NCBI GenBank assembly: GCA_039919825.1
Contig: JBDSEW010000353.1
Location: forward strand, 1-38,556
Origin: Chitinophagales bacterium
Lineage (GTDB): Bacteria > Bacteroidota > Bacteroidia > Chitinophagales > UBA10324
Reading direction: 5' to 3'
Length of the DNA stretch: 38,556 bases
Part shown: one piece after another, positions 28,301 through 37,410 of the stretch
Position numbering within the stretch: the first letter of the stretch is position 1
Layout: the number at the start of each line of letters is the position of its first letter
Made by a program: the position numbers and the translations under genes
Notes under the pieces: generated by a model
Told to the model about the DNA's origin: nothing
Database searches by the model: none
Seen by the model: only the letters and a program-made list of their open reading frames with translations

Positions 28301-31300
28301 TTATTGAAATCATAATCATCATAGTAATTCAGGCTGAGCTCATCAAGAGCGGTTTTTGGATATGCAAAATTGGTATATCCATTCGAAGTATTACTTCTTG
28401 TTTCATTGCAAATAGCGGATGATAACCAGCGTTCATCCTGCAATTGCGAGGGTGTTTTACCAGTGATTGTAGTAAGTCCCGAAGAAATACTTCTTTTCAA
28501 CCCATCATATTTCTGATAAGACCATTTATTGGACTTCCTCAGATTTGGATCCTGAGTAAGTATCACACGATTTAATTGATCATATATATAATAGCTCCAG
28601 TCAATACCAGGTAATTTTTTAGCAGAGATCAGCCCCCGCTTATTGTATTGATAGAAGAAATTCCACAAGTCATTTGAAGAAGAAACTGTGTAATTATTCA
28701 GGGAAGCCAGTTTACTATACCCTTCAGGAGTTATCACCTGTACCAATCTTTCAAGGTCATCATACACATAATAGGTGTAGTTAAAATTGAATTGTTTTTG
28801 ACCGGGTCCTGTAATCTCACTCTTCGGATTTTTCTCCAGTATTGTTTTTCCTTTTTTATCCTGATAAGTGATGGAGATGTTGTCATTTTCATCGGTTGTT
28901 TCTTTAACTGATAATGTTCCTGCGGGATAAAAAGAAGCACCAGACGAGTTGGATGAAGTTGTGCTGAATACAAACAGGTGAACTTCATTAATGTAGTTAG
29001 AGCGATAGTTATACTGAATATTATGACTACCCAGCTTCCATTCTTCACCAGGGTTAGCTTCTTTTGTAACACGGTTTAAGGGAGAGTTCTCGTATTCTGT
29101 TTCGGTGAATGGATAGCCGGTATGTGCTATTTCCGCGGCGGAAGAATAAAAATTTAGCTGATCATCAAAAGCACTACTCTTGAACTGACCAGGCAATAGA
29201 GAAGAGGTATAAGGCAAATAATTGCGGGGCTGCCTTCCTGAAGCATCATAGGTTATGTAAGTGACTATATCCTTGCCCGATGGACTTTGACCACAATCCA
29301 GCATTTGAATGGGTCTTCCAAGACCGTCCAGGAAATTTATTGAGCGACGACTTTGTGTATTTGGCAATGTTGCAGCGGTAAGAGCAGCTTTAGCAACACC
29401 CGATGCTGAAGCAATTTCTGTCCGTATATAGTTGTGATCTGCAAGGTTGTTTTCATCATGGTAGTGGTAATCTGTGAAGCTTAATCCATTGCCGAAATGA
29501 TCTTCAGCATATTGAAAGCGGTTTAGGTTATTATATTCAAAGTGATTCATGTAACCGTTTTCATCACCAATTTCAGTAAGGCCAATCAGTGGGAGATAGG
29601 AGTACGTTGTTCCTGTTGCTGACTCAGGGTAGAACTGCAATTCATCCAATTTTCCCGTTCCTGATAAGGTAAAAGAACCACTGCTGTTGAAATTTAAATG
29701 ATATTGATAAAAAGTAAATCCGGAAATGGTTTCTCCGGAAACTGTTGAGACCATTGTAAATCCAGTTCCTGAAATAGTTGTTGCTGTTGTTGACCAAAAG
29801 CTTAGAACATATGTTCCCGGAACGGGAACATAATGAGAAACAAAACCCAGGTTAAAGTAGCGACTGCCAGAAATGGTTTTTGAAACAGGTCCTGTTATGC
29901 TTTCACTTGCGACATTTGTTTGCGGATAACTAAACTGACCTTCGTAATCATTTTCAAATCCTGTATATGCAACATCTGAAAAGTTAGCGTTTTTAAAGAT
30001 TGCACCAATTAATCCTGATGGATTTTCATAAATCACTGAAGTGACGCTGCCAAATGGTTCGTGAAACTGTAAGGGTTGCGCACGATCATTGTAGAGGTCA
30101 AATTTCTGAATGCATCTGTACCGGGTATCACGTAAAAAGATATTGTTGCTTACCATTGAAACTTTGAAAGTTGATTTGACCAGGGGTTCCTTCAAATCAA
30201 GTTGAAAAATTGTATCCTGTACTACCTTAGTACCTGACATTTTAAACTTAGTGAGTGATCCCTCTACAAGTAAGGTATCAATTACAGCATTCAGTTTGGC
30301 AGAGCTCTGATTAACTCCACCGGAACTACCATTGGTGTATTTTATCCCGCCATCTAAAATGCCTCCATTAACTTCCGCAACATTATTGAGCGTATTTGCC
30401 TTTAGCAGGCTTTTTTTCCTGAGTATGTATTTGTACTCTTCAACTATGGCATTGTGAATGTGTTTTTTATTGACCATTGAGTCTATGGCAATCAGCATGG
30501 GGTTAGAACCTAAGTAGTTGAACACTCCATAATCAGAAGGATATCGCATGATATGCATTTCTTCTATTCCATTGGAGCGGGTGATTTGTTCACGTGTAAC
30601 CTGGATGTGTTCCGGATTATCATAGAAATATTTTTTAACAGTGGCTAATTGTGAGCCATCCTGAAAATGCTCTGTGGTAACCTGTTCATTTTGGTGAACC
30701 CATTGGGTTGGATAGAAATAAAAGGTAAATTTAAATTCATCTGCTCCTATTCCCTGAAACATTTGATCATTTATAGAATAAGCTACTTTTAAACCTGTGA
30801 TGGAATGAAAGTGATTTTCTGGTTCAAATTCGTATTTGTTTGATGTTTCAATTTGAAGCTGGTTATCTGAATTGTAGGTTTTTTCATTAATTAACAATCC
30901 TCTTTTGTATTCATTATTAATAGGCGGGGCAAACGGATATTTAACGACTCCAATATTTGGAGCAAAAGAAAAAACACTCAACTTCCGGCCAAAAGATCCA
31001 CTCCCATTCGATAAAAGTTTCCCCAATATTTCAGTTACTTCAGGATAAAAAACAGGATTTCCATTGGAAGAATAAATGGGTAGTTGGGAATTTGAGGTTC
31101 TGGCGTAGAGATTACACAATGTGCCCGGACCACTAATTTCACTAAAGCCCCTTGTAGTGTAAGCGTAATCATAAACAATTGTACTTAGTAGAAAACCGCT
31201 TGATCGCTCTGGTTCAGCAGCCATGTGATAGGAATAGTGCACCACCTGATCATCCAGAGTATCAACATTATTTTTTCTCAGCCGCACCTCCTCTATGCGA

Positions 31301-33099
31301 ACACCTCCTGCAAGTATTGATTTTATGGTATCGTCCTGGCGTTCATAATAATAGGCTGTAATTGTTGCATGCGCTGCCGTTCCGGAGCCAATCATTTCAG
31401 CAGATAGATAGTATGTTCCTGGTGTTAAGAACAAACAATTCTCATAATTATCCGTGGTTCCTCTTTCAAACAGTACCCCACCACTGCTGTTGGTGAGCAT
31501 AACAGAGGCTTCACACTCACAAGGCGGGTTACCGAATCCAATAGATGTGGCAATCTTTATTGTTTGATCGGCATTTACAAAGAATGTATCTGCTGGCTTT
31601 GTGCTGTTTACACCATTTGATGAAGCAAATGCGCTCATTGCAATGCGAGGGATTTCATTTGCGTCGAAAGTATCAATTCCAAATTCATCCATGTATCTTC
31701 CAAACCGGTTTCCTTCATAAGTAAACAAGGCATATCCTCCGGTTGGATATTGAATGCTTTTTAGAATAGCTGCTTTTGAAAAATTGAAGTCAGGCAGCCT
31801 GTTTGCTCCATAAGCAGCACCGTTGAATAATTTACATTCTTCCCCTGGATAAGCAGGCACGAGTGTTTGGTTTGAGAGGGCACCATTGTAATATCCCCAG
31901 TGGTCCTGTGCCTTTGAATTTCTTGGAGGCAAAGGTGTGGGATCATATTCAAAATTATATGCAGGAAGAGCCGTACCATCTTTTCCCTTCTCAATCAGTT
32001 CTTTTAACATCAATCTTTTACACTCCCGGTCATTACAGAAATTTGGCTCGGTTGGATGGTAGTCATATTGTAATGAAAAGGATTTGATAACTTCATTCTG
32101 AAGATTCACAATTTCTATACGGGATAAAGCATAGTCATATTCTGCATCCTCTCTTTCTGTTTCTGCGTAAAATTTAATTGCACCTTCAGAAAAGTTAATG
32201 GCTTGAAGCCTTTTGAGGGCAATTTCTATTTCGGTTGAACATTCAGTATCATGATCAGTACAATAAAGCCAGGGATCCTCTAATCTTGTTTCGCTTGTGG
32301 TGGCATAATATAATATGGAGCCATCAGCGTAATCAAAGGTTACAATAGTGCCCTTTGCACTGGTGATGGATTCTAAATACCAGGCTGACTTAATATTCTC
32401 ATCAATCTGTTCATCGCCTCCTCCCTCACAAACTGTGGTAGCTCTTGTTAATTCAATGTTATTGAAAAGATAGGAAGTGCCATCAGCCGTAATAATCTTA
32501 AACGAGGTTAATTGTTGTGATGCAACGATATTAATGTTTTGATATGGAATTGTTCGAAAGATTAACAGTCCCTGGGGATCAATCCCTTCAGTTATAAATT
32601 TTCCGGAATATCCTGCGAAGTTGAAAAAGAACTCATCCGGTTGCACATCAAGAATATGATCAGCGATATCCTGCAAATATTCATGCCGGTCCTCTTCAGT
32701 GTAGGATAAAAATTCCGAAATGCTTCCGACATTATTAATAAAGCCGGCAATTGGTTTTTCATCCGGAAGCCCCATCACTGTTCTTGTTATTACTCCTCCT
32801 GCATTTAGTGACCATCCCAATCCAACCCACGAAGCAATTTCTCCAACCTTAACTCCACTGGCATGATAAGAAACTGAAATTGGAAGTGTTAAATCATGGT
32901 CAGTAACTTGATACAGGGGAATGTCAATAGTCGCAATACCTGCACTGAGGTTAACAGGAGTAAGACCATATTTTGCAAGCGCTGCTGCAGTTGGTGCCGG
33001 AGGAATAATGGAGACATTTAAAGGATCAACCGGCTGCGAATAAAGAGCGGTATGTATTGCAAATAATAGAAGCGGAAATATTTTCCAATAGCTTTTCAT
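25324..33099 (-). CDS. giant Rhs/YD-repeat polymorphic toxin precursor (2591 aa) with a Sec signal peptide
   Basis: Signal peptide MKSYWKIFPLLLFAIHTALYS. An SpvB-like segment is present: LTLPISVSYHASGVKVGEIASWVGLGWSLNAGGVITRTVMGLPDE. INFLDGLGRPIQ marks the shell entry. There are many YD repeats (YDASGRQ, YDHAGRV, YNELGQL, YDPLNRL, YDDNGNI, YDVNGNL). The Rhs-associated core reads DHLGNIR...YYPYGN...NNYLYNGKE...YGARWYDPQVGRWWVVDP...NNPIIGVDPNGM. Confidence 0.95.
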   Translation of the reverse strand: MKSYWKIFPLLLFAIHTALYSQPVDPLNVSIIPPAPTAAALAKYGLTPVNLSAGIATIDIPLYQVTDHDLTLPISVSYHASGVKVGEIASWVGLGWSLNAGGVITRTVMGLPDEKPIAGFINNVGSISEFLSYTEEDRHEYLQDIADHILDVQPDEFFFNFAGYSGKFITEGIDPQGLLIFRTIPYQNINIVASQQLTSFKIITADGTSYLFNNIELTRATTVCEGGGDEQIDENIKSAWYLESITSAKGTIVTFDYADGSILYYATTSETRLEDPWLYCTDHDTECSTEIEIALKRLQAINFSEGAIKFYAETEREDAEYDYALSRIEIVNLQNEVIKSFSLQYDYHPTEPNFCNDRECKRLMLKELIEKGKDGTALPAYNFEYDPTPLPPRNSKAQDHWGYYNGALSNQTLVPAYPGEECKLFNGAAYGANRLPDFNFSKAAILKSIQYPTGGYALFTYEGNRFGRYMDEFGIDTFDANEIPRIAMSAFASSNGVNSTKPADTFFVNADQTIKIATSIGFGNPPCECEASVMLTNSSGGVLFERGTTDNYENCLFLTPGTYYLSAEMIGSGTAAHATITAYYYERQDDTIKSILAGGVRIEEVRLRKNNVDTLDDQVVHYSYHMAAEPERSSGFLLSTIVYDYAYTTRGFSEISGPGTLCNLYARTSNSQLPIYSSNGNPVFYPEVTEILGKLLSNGSGSFGRKLSVFSFAPNIGVVKYPFAPPINNEYKRGLLINEKTYNSDNQLQIETSNKYEFEPENHFHSITGLKVAYSINDQMFQGIGADEFKFTFYFYPTQWVHQNEQVTTEHFQDGSQLATVKKYFYDNPEHIQVTREQITRSNGIEEMHIMRYPSDYGVFNYLGSNPMLIAIDSMVNKKHIHNAIVEEYKYILRKKSLLKANTLNNVAEVNGGILDGGIKYTNGSSGGVNQSSAKLNAVIDTLLVEGSLTKFKMSGTKVVQDTIFQLDLKEPLVKSTFKVSMVSNNIFLRDTRYRCIQKFDLYNDRAQPLQFHEPFGSVTSVIYENPSGLIGAIFKNANFSDVAYTGFENDYEGQFSYPQTNVASESITGPVSKTISGSRYFNLGFVSHYVPVPGTYVLSFWSTTATTISGTGFTMVSTVSGETISGFTFYQYHLNFNSSGSFTLSGTGKLDELQFYPESATGTTYSYLPLIGLTEIGDENGYMNHFEYNNLNRFQYAEDHFGNGLSFTDYHYHDENNLADHNYIRTEIASASGVAKAALTAATLPNTQSRRSINFLDGLGRPIQMLDCGQSPSGKDIVTYITYDASGRQPRNYLPYTSSLLPGQFKSSAFDDQLNFYSSAAEIAHTGYPFTETEYENSPLNRVTKEANPGEEWKLGSHNIQYNYRSNYINEVHLFVFSTTSSNSSGASFYPAGTLSVKETTDENDNISITYQDKKGKTILEKNPKSEITGPGQKQFNFNYTYYVYDDLERLVQVITPEGYSKLASLNNYTVSSSNDLWNFFYQYNKRGLISAKKLPGIDWSYYIYDQLNRVILTQDPNLRKSNKWSYQKYDGLKRSISSGLTTITGKTPSQLQDERWLSSAICNETRSNTSNGYTNFAYPKTALDELSLNYYDDYDFNNNGTSDYTSNNSQTARSRNKLTGQFSKVLNSMPAVFEKSVSFYDYKGRVIETMGNNYEDEAESETFAYSFSGELLQQERIHHYTVAPVGGGLGISTELTRKTRNEYDHAGRVKNTFLEVDGQPEIWTTSLTYNELGQLLKQKLHNQSIGTGTVPIQKSMQTLDYKYNIRGWVTSINNLENVKDNGDYWGMELHYTDGYPLLDAAAQFAGNISWMAWKSNHDPDTRVYGYSYDPLNRLTKARYGTAIGVVITEADQYTVDNLSYDDNGNIKTMNVHGAISYNQQTQLYTYGISDQLNYSYKGNQLKAVSDAGSLVTWDKSPDFKDTPGENDYGYDVNGNLVNDGNKAIAISYNHLNLPSLIAKSSDQLKITYNANGAKLQEETTENLQTNITGYFGDIIHEEGKPQKILFTDGYLLKDTLDFWMPYYYIKDHLGNIRVVFKGQGLNWTKSNLTFELNADEEGNKFPKFKNVSTVRNNEVALQGNSSGKLFNTEGPYTEIPVKSGDTLEVSVYYYYSENNPQKEAPPKDHGHTPFRPSFSFEMQTLPHKAIPADDANYINKPPFGLQLNIVGLFELFSRKKNNSGNALRTDSTSGSPDAYLELSLRDTANQEINQWRIDVDTANNWSRITDSIGIHVSDSTQQYILRVSLHNESEQDIWFDTLFLKLGTQINPVIQFNHYYPYGNLIADISWQQENSDTNNYLYNGKELHRSLNLNWLDYGARWYDPQVGRWWVVDPMAEAYLSWTAYSYVLNNPIIGVDPNGMFFLDSKERKVAHEKANRLGGNYEKIGHKTFKVNYGFTEYDKEFNTSAVTSTFDIISPGERGRISELEDHLKNSEVQIVVPGSRWGPQNSIDRIEENGIITEVAIAVATFGTGNLVKAGISTTAKELAITEGRQTIIGEGMKRVSVAAIQNPGSIILENMPTFIGTKQQISGKIMAYNRKWILRQMRSGRPIIDIGLDPTRGTPSIFYQMEQNMIKNYLNLHPNAFQIIKQ
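25327..26016 (-). other. C-terminal toxin payload domain of the Rhs protein (230 aa after VDPNGM), family unassigned
   Basis: It starts FFLDSKERKVAHEKANRLGG and ends ..IIDIGLDPTRGTPSIFYQMEQNMIKNYLNLHPNAFQIIKQ. It has no Cys and only 4 His. There is no HNH, HxxD, HExxH, GHH or deaminase motif. Confidence 0.7.
26278..26976 (-). other. approximately 230-aa insertion inside the Rhs-associated core (aa about 2042-2274), beta-sandwich / CBM-like by pattern
   Basis: It lies between DHLGNIRVVFKG and NHYYPYGN. It contains GDTLEVSVYYYYS ... AYLELSLRD...W..I......V....QYILRVSLHNESEQDIWFDTLFLK, a pattern like galactose-binding-like jelly rolls. Confidence 0.5.
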
Positions 33100-33248
33100 A
33101 ATTCAATATTTAATTTCAGATAGGCACTGTTATATAATATACTAACCGGGAGAAATGCCTTGTTGGCATTTTCATTTGAGCTTTGTTCTTTGGCGAATTA
33201 AACCATATATAATATCAAGAATAAAATATCGAAGCTATATGCATGCTT

Positions 33249-33279
33249 CAAAAATATATAAATCAATCACGGCTGTCAA
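33249..33279 (-). promoter_or_regulatory. candidate Bacteroidota promoter upstream of the Rhs gene
   Basis: The minus strand reads TATTTTTG (TAnnTTTG) at 33249-33256, with a TTG 20 nt further upstream (33277-33279). This would give a roughly 145-nt leader. Confidence 0.3.
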
Positions 33280-33425
33280 TACTCAAAAAGGATGATTTTA
33301 CTCCCTATTGAACAGAGGCTAAATCAATAGTAAATAGTGAGTACACATCTTTTGCTTGGTATCGCACTTACCATAACGGAGATAAATAATTATGCCGAAA
33401 GAAGTTTTAATGAAAGCGCATCACC

Positions 33426-34013
33426 TTATGGGTGATGCTCCTCTGCCACCTTCTTCTCGATCCGCTGATCAGGAATCAGCCAGATGGCAGCCACCACTGT
33501 GTATAACGCCAGGGCAATGAAGCTATTGATAAAAGAAAGGGGTATGGCTACTAAATAGATCACTACTGAAAGAATTCCTTTTTTGTCTTTCCCTACTGCA
33601 ACAGCGAGCGTGGATGTTTTACCATGAAGTTGAATGAGGGCCTGAGAAAGTATGTAATAGGCAAGGCCGGCCATCATCAGTACGCCGCCATATAATGCAA
33701 TGGGAACAGTGGTGAAATGATTTTCTCCTACCCATCCCGTTACAAAAGGAAACAGGGACAGCCAGAAGAGTAAATGCATATTGGCCCAAAGCACCTTGCC
33801 GTTTACTTTGTGGGCGGTATGCAGCATGTGGTGGTGGTTGTTCCAGTAAATGCCCACATACACAAAGCTGAGGATGTAGCTGATAAAAACAGGAAAGAGC
33901 GGGACAAGATCGTGCAGTTGGTCGCCATGCGGCACTTTCATTTCCAAAACCATGATGGTGATGATAATTGCAATTACTCCATCGCTGAAAGCTTCTAATC
34001 GTGTTTTTCCCAT
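33426..34013 (-). CDS. TMEM175-family (DUF1211) potassium channel
   Basis: The N-terminal RLEAFSDGVIAIIITIMVLE is the hallmark R...FSD TM1 motif. About six TM helices; 195 aa. Confidence 0.85.
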   Translation of the reverse strand: MGKTRLEAFSDGVIAIIITIMVLEMKVPHGDQLHDLVPLFPVFISYILSFVYVGIYWNNHHHMLHTAHKVNGKVLWANMHLLFWLSLFPFVTGWVGENHFTTVPIALYGGVLMMAGLAYYILSQALIQLHGKTSTLAVAVGKDKKGILSVVIYLVAIPLSFINSFIALALYTVVAAIWLIPDQRIEKKVAEEHHP

Positions 34014-34065
34014 TTGTGGTGAGGCTGATGGTGAAAGGTGAATAGTGAATAGTGAATCGGCTATA

Positions 34066-34758
34066 TCACATTATTTCTTTTTCAATAACCTGTTTTAGCA
34101 GTTGCGACCATTCGGAGTACATGCTGCCTGATGGGTGAAGGCCATCTTCAGCAAGCAATGAGGTATCGTTGAGTCCTTTCCGTGAAATGGGAGTGATATC
34201 AATGTAATGAACACCCTGCTGCAAACTTTCTTCTTTGTTGATGGCATTGAAGCGGTCAATTTCAACTGCAATTTTTTCACGGTCACGGCCTTCTGCAAAG
34301 GGTGTAGCACCCCAATCAGGAATGGATACTACGATCACGTGTTTTTTCTGTTGATTGGAAAATTTGATGGCCAGGGCGAGTAGCTCCACAAATTCTTTGC
34401 GATACTGTTCTGCACTACGGCCACGGTACTGGTTATTAACGCCGATGAGCAACGTTACAAAATCATAGGTTTGATGAATACCTTCTTTTTGAATAGCGGC
34501 CATTAGCTCATCAGTGGTCCAGCCGGTGGTAGCGATGATGCGTGGATTTTCAAAATAAATTCCGTTTGAATGAAGCAGTAGCACCGTTTGATTCGGAAAC
34601 CTGTCTGCCTCTTCCACACGTTCGCCAATCGTGTAGGAATCGCCAAGACATAACATGGTATATTCTTTACTGGAATTTTGCATGGGTTGGTTTTGAGAAA
34701 ATGCAGGCAAGATGGCAAAGAATAAAAAGACAAACAACACGGCGTTGTATTTTATCAT
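34066..34758 (-). CDS. SGNH/GDSL-family hydrolase (secreted esterase)
   Basis: Signal peptide, block I LCLGDSYTIG, block III GVNN, and block V EDGLHPS (D..H). The ATG at 34758 is preferred; the track start at 34785 is TTG. Confidence 0.85.
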   Translation of the reverse strand: MIKYNAVLFVFLFFAILPAFSQNQPMQNSSKEYTMLCLGDSYTIGERVEEADRFPNQTVLLLHSNGIYFENPRIIATTGWTTDELMAAIQKEGIHQTYDFVTLLIGVNNQYRGRSAEQYRKEFVELLALAIKFSNQQKKHVIVVSIPDWGATPFAEGRDREKIAVEIDRFNAINKEESLQQGVHYIDITPISRKGLNDTSLLAEDGLHPSGSMYSEWSQLLKQVIEKEIM

Positions 34759-34781
34759 CTTGGAGGATGTGAATGAAATAC

Positions 34782-36338
34782 TCAATGCAGGAATATGAGT
34801 TTCTTCGTTTGTAACTCGTTACCTTTTTTAAACGTGTAATAATATGTGTTGGAGGAGGATTTCAAATTAACCGGTTCCAGTGTAAATGTGTGCCATCCTT
34901 TCTTCAGAAAGCCATTGTCAACCAACTTCTTTACTTCTTTTCCCATAAGGTCATATAAGGTAAGCGAATAATTTCCGGGTATGGTAATGTTTACATCAAT
35001 CTTTGTTTCATCGCTAAAAGGATTAGGATAATTCTGATACAGCATGAAATGACTGGATTCGAATGCAGGTGTTTCTTCAATCAGTGTTGCTACATCCACC
35101 TGGGCAGTCCATAACGATGTCGCGAAGCCGTCCTGTCTTGTCCATATAGGTGCAATTTTTCCGTCGTAAACACTGATGTTGGAGTAGTCGCCAAAGAATA
35201 CGTCGGTGGTGAGCACAAATGGCTCACTGCTGATTTTTTGGTTGGTAAATGTAACACCTCCATCTGTTGAATAGGCCAGGTAAACGTCTGTACTCTGATC
35301 GCTGTAGTCGCGGCGATCATAAAAAAGTACGTAGATGTATCCGGTAGTTTGATCCACATCCATCCAGGTGAGGAATTGATGTTTGGCATATTCATCATCA
35401 TTCACTTTTAGGGGAATGCTCCACGTTGTTCCTTCGTCCGTTGATTTCGACAGCCATACATCGGTATTGTCGGTGCCATTGCGCTGATCGGTCCAGTTGA
35501 CATAGATGGTTCCATGATAAGCACCATTGCTCAAATCGGATTTTGTAACCGGCAATCCATTGCAGCGGATCATTCCGGGAATATAATAATCCCAGCCACC
35601 CGGCTGATCCGAAACCACGATGTCATCATCCAGCCATGTTTCACCACCGTCCAATGACCTGTCGAAGAACAAAGTATCACGGTTCGACCAGCATACATAT
35701 ACTTCACCATTTACGCCAATGGCAGGCACTGCTCCTTCTGTAGTATTATCACCATCAATACAATCGCCGGCTAATCTATTGATACGAACAGGTGTGCTCC
35801 AGGTTGCGGCATCGTCAGTTGACTTTGAAAAAAGAATGACAGAGCTGTCATTTGGATCGGAGCTTCCATATTGATCAAACTGTGTCCAGGTTACATACAT
35901 ACTATTGGTGTTCTGGTCTACAGTAGTCCAGGCTTTATCCTGGGCGTGCGTTCCGTTTAGCCCGGTATAGGTTCCTGCAGACCATGATGTGCCATTATCT
36001 GCGGAACGCTGGCAAACGATGCGGTCGATCCAGTTGCCGGATGCAGGATTGGAAAGGTGGATGTAGTAAAAATTTCCTGCAGTGTCGGTAAAGATGCAGG
36101 GATCGCCCCATACGCCATAAGGAGATTCTAATTGATCTTTTTCCCAGGTAAGGCCCCCATCAAGCGATTGATAAACATAATTGATATTGGCTCCTGCAAC
36201 AATGTTGTTTGTGTTTTTAGGATTGATGCAGATGCTGGGTTCTTCAGGGTTACCGGTATCATCGATCTTGATATTTAAAAACTGGCCAAATGAATATTCA
36301 TGGCTTAAAAGAAAAACAAACAACAGGAATTTTATCAT
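34782..36338 (-). CDS. BNR/Asp-box repeat beta-propeller (sialidase-like glycoside hydrolase fold) with T9SS C-terminal sorting domain
   Basis: Six Asp-boxes: SLDGGLTW, SADNGTSW, STDDAATW, SLDGGETW, STDEGTTW, STDGGVTF. The C-terminus is LYQNYPNPFSDETKI....GNYSLTLYDLMGKEV. No FRIP motif is seen. Confidence 0.8.
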   Translation of the reverse strand: MIKFLLFVFLLSHEYSFGQFLNIKIDDTGNPEEPSICINPKNTNNIVAGANINYVYQSLDGGLTWEKDQLESPYGVWGDPCIFTDTAGNFYYIHLSNPASGNWIDRIVCQRSADNGTSWSAGTYTGLNGTHAQDKAWTTVDQNTNSMYVTWTQFDQYGSSDPNDSSVILFSKSTDDAATWSTPVRINRLAGDCIDGDNTTEGAVPAIGVNGEVYVCWSNRDTLFFDRSLDGGETWLDDDIVVSDQPGGWDYYIPGMIRCNGLPVTKSDLSNGAYHGTIYVNWTDQRNGTDNTDVWLSKSTDEGTTWSIPLKVNDDEYAKHQFLTWMDVDQTTGYIYVLFYDRRDYSDQSTDVYLAYSTDGGVTFTNQKISSEPFVLTTDVFFGDYSNISVYDGKIAPIWTRQDGFATSLWTAQVDVATLIEETPAFESSHFMLYQNYPNPFSDETKIDVNITIPGNYSLTLYDLMGKEVKKLVDNGFLKKGWHTFTLEPVNLKSSSNTYYYTFKKGNELQTKKLIFLH

Positions 36339-36575
36339 GAATGATCCGCTGGAAATTTTTTTTGATTACACTTCTTGCAAAACTTACGATAAAAATACGA
36401 GTAAAAGATGAAGATGGTAAAATGAGAATAATAGACCGGGGATAATAGACCGATACCGCTCCCTTCTTTACTTACAGTTTGTAAATGCCCCACAGATACA
36501 ATAAATAAATAACCGGCGTAAATACGGTTCTAAGGCTTATTCATCTTTACCTGATTAGTCCTATTTTTGCGATCC

Positions 36576-37202
36576 ATGAATTTTCCTTCCAAACTCATTG
36601 AACAAGCCGTTAATGCATTTGAAAAACTGCCCGGCATTGGAAAAAAAACCGCTTTGCGATTGGTGCTGCACCTCTTAAAACAGGATGTGGCATCCGTTGA
36701 GCAATTTGGTGAAGCCATTGTGCGCATGCGGAAAGAAATACGTTTTTGCACAAACTGCCACAACATCGCGGACCGTGAGTTGTGCAGCATCTGTGAAAGC
36801 CAGAAAAGGAATCGCCTGCTTGTTTGCGTGGTGGAAAATATCCGCGATGTGATTGCGATTGAATCTACCAATCAATACAATGGGTTGTACCATGTTTTGG
36901 GTGGAGTAATCAGTCCTTTGGAAGGTATTGGTCCTGAAGAACTGAATATTGAGTCATTGGCAGAACGATGCAGGAAGGGTGAGATTAAAGAAGTGATCAT
37001 GGCATTAAATCCGACCATAGAAGGCGATACTACTATTTTCTACCTCTCTAAAAAATTACAAACACTTCCTGTTAAGATCACCAGCATTGCGCGGGGGATT
37101 TCATTTGGCGGGGAACTGGAATATGTGGATGATATCACGCTGGCGCGGTCTATTGCCACAAGGATGCCATATGAAAATTATTTAGTGAAGAGCAGTGAAT
37201 AG
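36576..37202 (+). CDS. recR: recombination protein RecR
   Basis: LIEQAVNAFEKLPGIGKKTALRL is the HhH motif and CTNCHNIADRELCSIC is the C4 zinc finger, followed by a Toprim region. ATG at 36576; the track start is TTG. Confidence 0.95.
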   Translation: MNFPSKLIEQAVNAFEKLPGIGKKTALRLVLHLLKQDVASVEQFGEAIVRMRKEIRFCTNCHNIADRELCSICESQKRNRLLVCVVENIRDVIAIESTNQYNGLYHVLGGVISPLEGIGPEELNIESLAERCRKGEIKEVIMALNPTIEGDTTIFYLSKKLQTLPVKITSIARGISFGGELEYVDDITLARSIATRMPYENYLVKSSE

Positions 37203-37410
37203 TGGAAATAAAAAATGACCACATCACCCAAACGCTAAATGATAGCAGCAATTCCGACGCGAAACAGCATTTCCACTTAGCCGGATTGTGAATCCTCAAT
37301 AATGGTGGCAAAGCCGGTAACTTTTACCGGCCCTGCCACCATTACAGGATTTCCTTCATTAAGCCGAGTTTGAAAATTGTAAACTCTGTTTTCAAATCCA
37401 TAAAATTCTA

